Positions 51,501-63,500 of a stretch of DNA of 64,000 nucleotides are shown here, one piece after another; positions within the stretch are counted from its first letter, which is position 1, and the number at the start of each line of letters is the position of its first letter. Under the pieces are notes generated by a model. It worked only from the letters and a program-made list of their open reading frames with translations, was not told where the DNA came from and searched no databases. The stretch comes from Amoebophrya sp. A120. Its lineage: Eukaryota; Protista; Dinoflagellata. The stretch lies in NCBI GenBank assembly GCA_905178155.1, contig CAJINV010000022.1:798836-862835 (forward strand). The letters run 5' to 3'. A program made the position numbers and the translations under genes.

Positions 51501-54500
51501 GTGGCCACGGCCGTCAAACGGAGGGCCACATGTCATGCTGAAGACGAATGGGGAAGAAGCATCCTTCTCGCTTCTTAACCTTGAAATGACCTCTGCCCTA
51601 GAACGCTCGCAACTTGCCTTGCGGCGAAAACTTTGGCTCATCCCGACCTACGAATATTCGCAGTTGATATGGTGCGCGCCGTATTAATTTCGGCGGCGCG
51701 GGACTCCCGGTGCAATTTTCGCAAAACCAGCTCCTTCAGTAATCGCAGCTGGAACGCTTCGCCTTTGGTGGGTGCCGCAAATTGCGCTCCGAAGCCCCGG
51801 CCCGGCCCGTTTTCGTTTTGCGCCGCCTGGTTTCCGCCTCCTAGCGCCACCGCCTCAACTGGCTGTGGCCCGTTGTAATCGTCCCAAGTGCAGATCGTCG
51901 CGGTGCTGAAGTCGCGGGAATGCGCACCGGCTAGAAACACGCCTTCCCGAAAGTCGTCCTCCGCCATCTTCTGGCCACGCACGCGAATGTCGCCGATGGG
52001 TCCCGTAGCTTCCGGCCAAGGCCCTCGCCCACCCGCTAGAGAGACCAAGCGGCCCGAAGAAGAAGAAGCTGCAGCTCCACTTCCCAAGCAGTTGTTCTTC
52101 GAAGAAGATGACGAAGGCACTGTGTGGGGGGCTGCGACATGGTCAAACTCACCAAAAAAGTTTCCGGTTGGTAGCCCCGACTCCCTCCGCTCGGACATGC
52201 ATGCCATGATGAACTCGGACGAAGCACCACCATCGCCAAAACCCGGGCGGAGGCCGCGCTCTTCGGCATCTCGCTCTCGGGCAACTGCAAGACGAAAGTC
52301 CTCGCGTGTGAAGATCCGGGAAGCGGCAGACGGCAGGGCCGGCACCACAGCCGCCGGGCCGGCTGCGCGTTTCTTCCGTACTTTGGTCTTCACCATCCTG
52401 CGGAGTTGAAGGACGTAGAGCTAGAAGCTCAGCTTCAGTATGATGCTGAGGTCGTGCTACTCGGCCAAACGACTGAAGAACGACTTGGATGGACTGGAGG
52501 CGAAGTCGAAAAGCAACGCATTCCACGCCAGAAAATAACTCACAACACAGACACAAAGTCACGAAAGGGGTGTGCTCATTTGTTGCCGATCGTCATAAGC
52601 AACGTGCCGCAACTCGTAAAAAAAAAAAGCCACCACCCGTGGGGCTGCAAGGTAGCTCAATAACCGAAATCAAACGAAGCTTGCGAAGCTCGTATCGTGC
52701 TCCGAGATCAGCGAGCGCCAAAGCTCTAGCGGCTCAGTTGCACGCGGGGCAAGGGCTCGGGCACCAACGAACAACGACGGACCGCAAAGAAAACAAAAGA
52801 CCAAGTCTGAAGCATTCGCCATGGACCGGGTACGGTTTACATCATGGAAACGAATGGGGAAAGCTTTCGGGCATTCCCTAGTGCGGATTGTTTTTTGCAG
52901 TCGCTTTCATCGATGATTTTTCTGATCACCCTGCTGTGGTAACTCCTGCTACAGGCACTGGACTAAGGAGCAACGCCATCACTACTACGAAGCGCGAGAG
53001 CTACTAACTATTACTGCGCGCCTTCAAATAAGTCTTCTTCATCTAACTATTATTCATTACGGCGCCGCCTTCAAATAAGTCTTCATCTACGCGGCCAACT
53101 CAGCGTCCATGGCTGGGCAGCTGCGCGGTCGTGTCTGAATTGTGAAAGAAAGATAGACCGCAGCGCGGGTAAATCAATGCGCGTAAGCGTGCTCGCCCTA
53201 CGCCTACCTTGGTGCCTCGCTGAAGGAGCGTCGTCTTCTAGCCCTTCGCGGGGCCTCACATGGCTGCAACGGTACCAAATGCAGGCCGAGCGCCACCTCT
53301 ATCCCGAGCCCAAATCCACTGCAGGCCTGGTGGCTCGCGGAGCTGTGCGGTCAGCCCGCCTTCGCCCCCCATGCTGCAGCCGCGTTCTTCCTTCGCTGCT
53401 GAAGTCGGGAGATTGAGGCCGCTACATCTCTATCAGCCACCCTGGCCATGTGTTCCTGCTCCGCAACGCGCTGTGCTGCGCGCAAGATGGCGTTACGCTG
53501 TCGGTTCCGGATTTGCGCCTGCTGCCTGTCGGACTCCATGGCGTCCCGGTACTCTGCGACCACTGCCTTTGCGGCCTTGCTCTTCGGCTTCTTCTGTTCG
53601 GCTTGCGGTATTTCCGAGCACTTCTCCCTGGCTGTCTTTAACCGTGCCGCCGCCTGCTTCTTATCGCGCGCAGACTGTGCGCCCTCTGCTTCGGCTTGCT
53701 TGAGAAGTTTCTGGAGTTTCGCAAGATCCTCGTTTTGTTTTCGCGCGCTCGCCCGGAAACGCTCGACGCACTGCGTTAGTTCTTCGTCTTCGTTCTCCGC
53801 GGGGTCAAAGTCCTGACCACTACTACTTCGCCCTGACGCGGATTTGGCAAGTTCGGCGCTGAGGCCATCTTCTCCGGGGCTTCCTGCACTCCGTTCTCGT
53901 CCGTTATTTCCACCCACAGGTCGCAGCTCGCTCTCCAAGTCGATCTTCCGGAACTTTGACTGCGCCTCGGCGAATTGTTGTTCCGCCTCCGCTTCAAACG
54001 GCACCAGCGAACGCGGCGGCGACGCACACAGCTCGAGGGCTGTGTCTTCCGGAATCGCGACAAGATTCGAGGGCATGCTGCGCACGCGCTTCCCCGCAGG
54101 CTTCTCAACCTTTCCGGTGCGGTTGTTCCAAGTGCTACTGCTCTTCCCCCGGTCCCCGTCGGCGAAACCAGGTGTGTGCGGCGCTGCGGCCTGTATCACA
54201 TGATAGGAACTGGCCGCGGCCCGTCCCTCCAACTTCGCCTTCGTGCCCGCCCTGCCTGAAGAGCTGCTTGCTATGCAATGCAAAAGAGGCGCACTAGTAT
54301 TGTATAAATTGCATTACAAATTAACTGCGTCGTATCATCGTCGTCGTCTATCCTGTATAAATCTACTACCTTCATACTGCTGCTTTACCTTGCGGAAGAA
54401 AAGCGCAATGCATCAATGCAATTCTTACTTATTACGAGCGCGATGCTTTTGCACTGGATACTCGCCGCTTGGTGTTTGTTGTGCGTGCTCCTGTTGTCGG

Positions 54501-57500
54501 AAGGTGTTGTTGCAGCTGCGGGCTGCGCAGGCCCTGGCAAAGCAGAGGGGGTGCGAGTTTCGTGCTTCGCCGCAACTGGAAGTAGCGACGTTTTGGGATC
54601 TTCGTGTTTTTCGATGGCGCCGCACTGCTGCCACTGCCTTCCGCTTCCGCCTCTTGTCCTTGCCACTGCGCCGATCGTATTGGAATGCAGGCTGGACGCA
54701 GCGTCACTTTTATCACTGGCGTCCCCGCCCAGCTCGTGCCCTGCCTTTCCTGAAGCAGCAGCTGTTCGCGAAGACGAGATAGCCGCCCCGTCGTCATTAG
54801 TGACGACGTCCGTCCCCCCACAGTACAGTGATGGCCCAGCCTCAGTCAGGCCCTGGGCTTGAGACGTGGCCGCAGGAAGATGAGGCGCGGCCGGCTTCTT
54901 GTCCGATGGAATCGCCGCTGCCTTCCCGCTGTGAGCTGCCGCCGAGACGTAGAAAGCAGGCGGCAATCGCTGCTTTTGCGGCGAAGCCACCCGTAGCACA
55001 GCAGACTGCTGTCGCGGCTGTAGTTGTAGTTGGCCACCGGGTGCCGCGTCGTTAGTGGGCGCCGACGTTTTGCCGCGCTGCACGCTCACGTGGGCTGGCT
55101 CCGGCGGCGGTGCTGCTGTAGTTGTCTTGCCACGCTGCCGACTGCAACCGGCCCAACTGCAATGACAGTAAAACGGCCCGGCGCAGAGGCATGTCTTGCT
55201 GCGGTTCCACATGCGCTGCAACTTGCAGTACTCGTACGCGGGGCCCTGCATTTCTGCTTCGCCAATCGCGCGTCGACCTCCTCGGTCGGGGTTTGGCCTC
55301 CTCGGTCGCTCCGTCTCTTCCTCGTCCGGGGTTCGAAGCTGCCATTTTTTTGCCGGCTCGCCAGGAGCTGCAGGAGAAAAAAGCTCGGAATGGAGGTTGC
55401 CGACCTCAAACACGCTCGTGGGAGCTAGAGCACGGCCAACGCCATATTTGCCGCCCAGAACGCCGCCCTTGCTAAACTGTTGATCCCCGTCCCGGAGAGC
55501 GACGTCTGGGCGGCCTTCAGCTGCTGGAAGCCCTGCGTTTTTGCAAAAGCGCGCCACCGCAGCGTCGGCTGCTTTCCGCATTTGTATCGAGCAGCTGACC
55601 TTTTTGGCCTCCGGCTGCTTCGCCCCGCGTTTCTTGGGCTCTGCGCACTTCTTTCTTCCAGGAGTTTCAGCTTGTTGCGAGTGGAGTGCGTCAACTTGTC
55701 CTGTTGAGGTGCAGCTATTGCTCTTCTGCGCCGCGCTGGAGCTCTGACGCCTAGACTCCTCGCGCGGGTTAAGCCGAGACGAGAAAGAAGTCGCAGACGG
55801 ATTTAAAAAAGTTACTGTTGCTGACATGGTTGCCAACTCTTTCGTCTGTTCCGGATTTAAAAAACGACCGCCGGCACCGGGGTCTGCACCTCGTCCACGA
55901 TGCACTGCAATCGGCGGCGAAGGCTCCGCTGCTGTGCTGGCCGCGATTGGTGCGCCTGGTCCTCGTCCGGCCTCGGCCGACGATGGCGGGGACAGCTGGC
56001 GAACGGCCGGTAGCGCTTCTATTCCAAAAAAGAGGTGCCTCGCTGCAGAGGCGGGGAAAGCAAAGCCACCGTCGGGGCCCTCACCCGCGCATGACGGTTC
56101 CTCTCCAGCGCCAACCGCTGGCAATCCGTCTGTGTTATTTTTAGCAAGAACGAAATTGAAAACGCCCCAGAATAAACGCCGGCCAAATTGGTTTCTAGAG
56201 AAGGGCGAGCCCCTCCTCCTCGGTCTTGGGATGGACATGCTGGGTCGGCCAGCTAGCACATCTAGAAGCGCGCGCAATATGTAATAGGAATAGAGTAGCT
56301 ACATCTGCCAGCGAATACACAACAAGGCGTTTTTTAACGACCTGCCTACGCAACTTCTTAACTTGTTAAATTGCTTCTGCAAAGAATCGGCATACTGGCT
56401 TACCTGAAGCTAGGACCAGTCGCACCGGAGAAGTCGGCGGAGCTGCAGTTCCGTCCCGTCCTGCTGTTGTCGTTAGTAGACCGCCCCCACGATCGCGACT
56501 GCTGCTGCTGCGGGACTGTTGAGGCGCTTTTTTGTGCGGGGAGGAGAATACGCCTGTGCTAGTGCCCGACGTGCCCAACGGCTGTTCTCCGAGGCGGGCG
56601 ATAACGCGGCTTGTGACTTTGCTGCCGGTCGGTGGACGATAGAAGAGCCCCCGCGGCGATGTCTCTGGCGATTTCTGGAACCAGTTCAGCTGCCGCCTGC
56701 AGCTGTAGTCGCGCTTCATCATCCCTTCGAGCTCGGTCTTGGTGCGGACCAGGAAAGCGCTTTTCTCCTCCGGAAGAACCCAACACTCGCGAAGCCCCTT
56801 TCCCATGTTCGGACGAATATGCAGCCAGCACTGCCCGCCGCCGCCTTTGCCCCGGAAGCCGCTCTGCGCGATCGGCTTTTTTGGTAAGAGCCGGAGGACT
56901 TGGCTCTTCGCGCTTGTTGTGCTGTTCCGCCGTTCATGGCCGTCGCGGGCCGGGCCGTCTGCACGCAGGGACGGCCGCAATTTTGACTTCGCGCTGGTGG
57001 CGGCACGTTTGTCCGACGCGCCCTTCTTGCAAGTCGCGCTTGCAGGTCTGCATCCTGCCAGCGACGGACCACGCCCGACCATGGTCGCTGCCCCAAAGAT
57101 AACTCTTCGCCCCGATGGCGGGACCCGAGGGGACCACGCGTCTCACCAAGAGGTAGGAAAATGAAGATCGCTGTTTCACCGCGAAGTGCCCAGCTTTCGG
57201 CTAGGCGTCTGTACTGTTGAAGAGCTCGGCGCCATGATGCAGGAGCGGTGGTTGTTCTCGTTCGCGACCAAGATCCGCGGAGGTTGTCCTGGTACGGTCA
57301 GAAGATTAGCGGCACTCAGCAAGAAGATGCTGCGCGAACGGTCGCGCCCCCCGTATGTTTTCCTGCTCAGTGAGGCTGGTGCGCGGGTGTGCTTAAGGGT
57401 AAAAGGCGGGACCCCGTACTAGCATCCGCCGATCGATCAGCGAAGGGCGGCGAAGATAGCAGCTACACACTGACGCTGCCAATAGATAGCTGCTAGAAGG

Positions 57501-60500
57501 TCAGCTCAACTCTTCTGCATTGGAGCGGAGAAATAGTTGTTAGAAGGTCTGCACTGGGGCGGGGGGTGCTCCAGTGGGCCAATAGTGTGAAGAAGTGCCC
57601 AACTGCGCAACTGCACTAAGTGGCAAGTACTGCGGCGGCCGTCCCTGTGCCGAGCGTGATCAGTAGGTCCTGCCGAGCCGTCTTGTTCGCCGCCTTGATC
57701 TGATGTTTTCCAGCTCGGCCGCGCGTCGTTGGTTGGCGAGGACGCTGGCGCCCAGATTCGCAGGCTCTGACTACCATTATTTGCACCTTTCAGCCGCAAC
57801 TGCCACTAGTCCAATTACAGATGGTGTCCTACTAGCAACCTAGCTCAATTATGGTTGACGCAAAGCCGCTACTGTGCTTATCTAGTAGCGCGCGCGTCGC
57901 GTTGAAAAATCTATCTTCAAGAAAAAGGCAGACGAGCCTCAAGCGCTAGTTATTTGCAGCGCCCACCTGTCGAAAATTCCAAAGCAGAACGAACTACGGC
58001 TCTGCGTTCGGGATGACAACAAAAAAAGCGATGATCTTGAAGAACTGCGATTCGAAGCGTTCACTTGTACGGAGACTGCTCCCAAGCTGCTTTATGTGAA
58101 CATGAACAAACTTTGCTGAGGAACTGCGAACCACCTCAATCCCCGGCCCTGCAAAAAAGTTGCTCGAAGGGAAAAAGGCCCGCTACATGCTTGATCGTGG
58201 CTTGGCTGAGTTCTTTGAAACATATAACACGCAACAGATCATCATCGCGCTCGCAATCTGGTCGAAAAAAGTAAGAACCCACAGAAAAGGATCGCAATCT
58301 CTTGTCTCGAATCAAGGCCAGATCTCAAGCATGGAACTTCCAGTGTGCCTTCGCAGAAGGAGCGAAGAGAGAGTCTCGCGCTGGATCTACTCCTTGTGCA
58401 CGTGCACCACACGGCCGACAAAAAAAAGAACACGGATCCACCAGCACCAGACGCCGGCTTCTCAGCCTTTCAAGCGTTTCCGGTATAATTAAATACGCGC
58501 GCAATAGCTTGCGAGAAGGTCTGTGTCAGCCAGCTCACTCGTTTTTTTTTGAAAAAATTCTTTGTCGGCCAGTTCTTTGTCAACCTTCAGCTTCTGTTCT
58601 CGCGACAATGTCCAGGCTGGGTAGGCGCCAGCTTGGACGCTTTCAAGTCATTACTTTCATGCCGAGAGCGTCTCTCTTTTTTCAACACTGGCAGCAACGC
58701 CTCCCTATCCTCTCCCCATCGGCCGGAAGGGCGTTTTGCTTGCCATGGGAACCAGGTGCGAGGCGAGCCGGGCCGTGTTGTCCATCCATGGTCACCTGGT
58801 CCAGGCCCAAGTTCCCGCCCGCAAGCACGCCCATGCGCGCCATCAGAAAAGTTCGCTCCTGCTGCTCATGATGAAGCGACTTTGCGACCTCGGTCCCCTC
58901 GTGCCCGTGTTGCTATATGCCCCCGCATCGAGGCGCCTCGCGTGGCTAGGTCCCGATTAAAGAAGGATACGCCAGAACCTGAAATCGTTTTTCGCGAAAT
59001 GTTGTGCCATGTTTGCAAAAAAAATCTGCCCTTCGTCGCATTCTCGAAGTTCTGAAAATGATGCGCCTTCGCGCGAAAATTATAAATGGCTACTCCTGCA
59101 ATACAGATGCGGTTTTTGGGATGCTATAAAATTAAAAAAAAGCTTCCCTTTCGAGTCCTTCGATTTTAAATCTGCGCCAGCCATTCGCCTCGTTTAGTTT
59201 TTCAAAATCGCCGTCGCGATTGCAGTTTCCAGAAAGCCAAAACTGCGTCCGTTCCGTCCGTTTTTTTTCTCCCCCGGTCGCCCCTCTTGATTTTCACTTT
59301 TTACAATGCTATAAATCAAAAATGCTCAAGTTTTTTTAAGGTTTTTTTCAAGTTTCTTCCGCTCCTGTTTTGGGGGCCCGTTACTGGAGTAATTGCCTAT
59401 TCTGCATAGCAAACTGCGTTTCTGCATCACAGCAAAGTGAAGCTTTTGGGTAACGTGCATGACAGACTTGATAGTCTTGCTAGCCGAGCAAGACAAACCT
59501 CGCATTCTTCCAGACCCAGACATATTTGCACTGGATAAAAGGAGCTTGCTTGGGATAGAAGATGCACTGGTGCATCCTACTACTTCTTCTCTGCCTGCTA
59601 AAAATCCTGAACAACTATCAGTGCAGAAAATCATCGACACTGCGGCTTGGGATGCAAGTGAACAAGTCCGACTCACACTCCTCCGGCTCCTCTTCGCCAC
59701 TCTGCGCACCCTCTCAATGGAGCACCGCAACGGAGAGTACCTTTTCTGCCTCGGCGAGCACGTCGACCCGAAACTGATCGAGAACACCATGCGCACGCGA
59801 CTGTCGCGCATCTGGACATTGCCGGAAAAGCTGAAGCACTACGAGCTGAACCGGGTCACGGTCGTATTGGGAGGAAAAATCCCCCCTCCCCATATTGAAA
59901 ACGCATCCTTCTGAAAATTTTTGGTGCATATTTGTGACCACAAATCCTATCTGTCTTGCCAGAAGGCAGTCGCAGAGAGCCCGCCACGCTATCCAGGCGC
60001 TTTGTCGTGCTGTGAGGGCTACAGGGCAGATATCTGCCATGCTAGGCGCGTATACCTACCAAGGGGCCCCTGCCGAGGCTTGGGATATGCGTGCAGTCCT
60101 GCTCTACAAGACAAATCTGATTTGTGTACACAAAGTCCGCATCACAGATTTCCAGTTTGATACGCGGGGGGAGGATGTTTCCTTTTGATAGGTCGGCTGG
60201 GGGGTCGCGAACGTGCTGGGGAATTATCAGGTTTGCGCGGACAGCGTACTGTGAGGAAAAATCCCCCCTCCTTATATCGAAAAGGAAATTTGTGATGCTG
60301 GATTTGGGTACACAAATCTACTTGTATTGCTAGAAGGCCACGATACGCAGTTGTGGCCTCGTTTGCCGGCATATATTGTCATGCTGTTTCCCACTTCCAG
60401 CTGCCTCCTGTCATGCTGAAGATGCAAAGGTTTATTCCCACGCCAACCAGCCCTACAGACCGCATCTCTTGTTCCCTTCTAGCATGACAAAGCTGATTTG

Positions 60501-63500
60501 TGCTCACAAATCATGCTACACAAGTTTCCGATTGAGCATGGGGAGGGGGAGATTTTTCATTGTAATACAGCGAAGATGTGGCGGCGCGGCAAGACTCGGA
60601 AGATGGTGGGCCCTATCCTGTGCAAAAGTATCGTATTCGTATAAATGCAAGTCTTGCATTGCAAGTCCTTATCTTAACGTAAATCCGCATGACAAATTTC
60701 ATCTCTCATGCTGAGGAAATTTGTAATGCATTTATACGAGTACAATACTTTTGCAGTTCATAAGCCCGTAGAGCCACCAAAAGAAGATGACCCAGTTCAT
60801 CTTGAGGATAGTACAACCACTCCTGCCGCTCCTGCGAAGAAGATGTCAACAAAGCTTCAGCATCACAGTCATAAACTCGTGTATTTTGACAATCGGGTAT
60901 GGCGCCGGACGGACGAAAATCTGCGCGCTATGGACAGCAACGAAACCCTTCTGGAGGAGATGCTCCAGCATTCTGATAAGAAAGATATTACAGGGAAAAG
61001 TCCCTCCCACCCCTGAAATTGCAAAAATTTGTGATGCGAAGTTTCCAAATGAAAACTTTTTGTCATGTATGAAAGGAGTATGTTGAATCTTTCTGGTGCA
61101 GAGTCTAGGCGTGTATCGAATCGCTTGCATGACGAGCGCCGTTTTTGCTGGGGTCTTTTGCAATACAAATTTTTGCTATTCACGATTGGAAGCCTGTGAT
61201 GCTGATAGAGGCAAGAGGGCGAGTGTTTCACTTGGAAAGGTTTGCAATACAAATGCTCCCAAGTTCAGGGGTGGGGGCATTTTTCATTGTAATAAAAGAG
61301 ACAGAAGATTCAAAGCGCTGGGATCTCGGGTGGGAACAAAACGACGGTGCTGGTGCAGGAGCTGCCACGTCACAATCTGCCTCCAAGGGAACAAGCTCCT
61401 GGATCGAGAAGAACAGCGCTGCCACCATAGCTAGCTATCAAAGTGAAAAAATCCCCCACCCGATATCGAAAACGAAATTTGTGATGCTGTATTTCAGTAC
61501 ACAAATCAAATTTGTGTTGCAGTAGAGCACTGCATGCAGATCGTAAGCCTAGGTAGAGGCCTTTTGGTGTAGGCGCCTAGCATGGTAGACGGCTGCCCTG
61601 TAGGCCCTACAGCGTTAGCAATACAAATCGCCTGCATGACTTGCCGGGCGGCCTGGACTTGCCTTCTTGCAAGACAGGCACGATCTGTGGCCACAAATCT
61701 GCATCGCAAATTTTCAGATTGATGGATGCGCTTTCAATATGGAGAGGGGATTTTTCCTTACGATACCAGCATCGTAGCGGCCACGGAGGAGGACGAGGGC
61801 GAAGTAGATGGTGGTTTTGCTCCTACTAGCCTCACTTCATCTACTACTCTCGAGCAGCCTTTGGCAGCTTCACCGCCTGACAATGAGGTCTACTTCAGCG
61901 TGGAAGCAAGAACTGCCGCCGAGAAGAACGCCAGCCGACCTTTTCGACGTCCCTCAGATAGTAGTACAGTAGCCGACCATACGGAGAGAAAGAAGTTTGT
62001 CGCAGTCACTAACTTGGAGGTTTTGCATTACAAATTTTTTTAGCATCACAGCTTTTCCTTGTATTGCACAAACAATAAGGGAAATCCCGTATGCAGTTTG
62101 GCTGTGATGCATGTTTACGCATGACAGGCGTTTTTTGTATTGCACAAATGCCCATGAGTGATCGTGATGAGCTTTTTTCTTTTGATACAAGAACAGCAGC
62201 TCCACATCACTGGCGGTGGGGACCCCGATTATGAACTGCAAAAGTATCGTACTCGTATAAATGCATTACAAATTTCCTCAGCATGAGAAATAAAATTTGT
62301 AATGCTGATTTACCTTGAGAAAAACAAAAAGATTTGTAATGCTAATGCAGCATGATTGCAATACGAGTGCGAAATAACTTTTGCACAGGACCCCAATACC
62401 CGAGATCTCCTGTTCGGCTCCTACGGGCGTGACTATCACAGGCAAAAATGTCTGGGTCTGGAAGAGTAAAGACTTCTTGTCATGCAGATTTTCCATGACC
62501 CATGAGGTCTGGAATGCGGGACGTAGCATGACAGAGATTCTGTGAGATGATCCCTATCATGCCTATTCTGCATGAGAAACTCCGTTCCAACTTGGTCAAA
62601 AGTGGACAGCTTTTGGCACTCATGCAACACAGATTTTTGCATGCTTCAAATTTACCATGACAAGTTGCAATCTACTTCCAGACCCAGACATTTTTGCAAT
62701 TTACAGTGACGTGGGCTTCACTACGACCGTTGAAGCGACCCACGATTCCGCACTGCGCCAAAACCCCTGCTGCGACAAACTCGACCACCATCTCAGCACG
62801 AATCGCCTCGCGTGGCAAGCCACCATGACAAATCCGGAAGGTAGCGGCGCTGCGACCCGGGCTTTGGAGGCAGCGCTGGTGCGCGAGATCGCAGAGCGGT
62901 TGAAGTTCTACGTCAGGGCCAGAGTGGTGGCGGAAGTGGCGCTGGAGAGGCAGCAACTAGAGCATGCTGCAGAGGAGGAAGACGGAAGTGACCATGTCGC
63001 CCACACTGACGAAACCCAATCTCGGTCCGCCGCGCCAACAAGTAGAAGCGCATCATCGTTCGGTAACGGCGTCGTGGACTATGGAATTGCTGATTTCAAA
63101 CAGCAAATGCGGTCGCTCGTCACGGTAAAGGCGAATCAGCACAATCAAGAGCAAGCGGTGCACGTGTTCCGACAAGTCGAATCACGGTTTGGTTTGGAAA
63201 ACGCGCAAAAATTCTTGGACTTTAACTTCCTTTTCCAGCGGGATTTACGGACGGTGGTCGATCCGGATGCGACGCTGATCTGCGACATTGATTGCATTGT
63301 GCACACGTTCAAATTGCGGCTGGTAGAGGAACGGCTGGAAAAAATTTTTGCAGCTGCTGGAACGAAAGTAGACACACCGCGCCCGCTAAAAGGCGCCGAC
63401 AGAAAGGAGGAGGAAGAGTTCGTCTGCAAGTTTCTAAACGCGGGCCACGCCGCGTTGATACCAACTTTGTTTCTCCTCAAGTTGCGGTCAAGGATGGAAG

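Larger units (their letters stand above)
25913..59392. mobile_element. Giant (33,480-bp) cargo-carrying TIR transposon
   Basis: Left TIR TTACTGGTGTAACGGACCCCCAAAA (25913-25937) vs reverse complement of 59368-59392, TTACTCCAGTAACGGGCCCCCAAAA (21/25 identical). TSD TTGCC at 25908-25912 and 59393-59397. Confidence 0.9.
25800..59537. mobile_element. Introner family A split by a 33.5-kb insertion
   Basis: Left part 25800-25912 and right part 59393-59537 join into a copy collinear with 6769-7021. DR AAAGG/AAAGG. Confidence 0.9.

Noticed and set aside
43453-57958. Possible inner element bounded by GCAAATAAGCAG (like the 186-3429 end) and TTATTTGC
   Set aside because: Only about 8 contiguous bp are complementary, which is too weak to call.
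25913-59392. Polinton/Maverick, endogenous virus or Starship identity for the giant insert
   Set aside because: The TIRs are short and I recognise no pPolB, rve integrase, packaging ATPase, capsid or tyrosine recombinase motifs, though divergent ones could be missed by eye.
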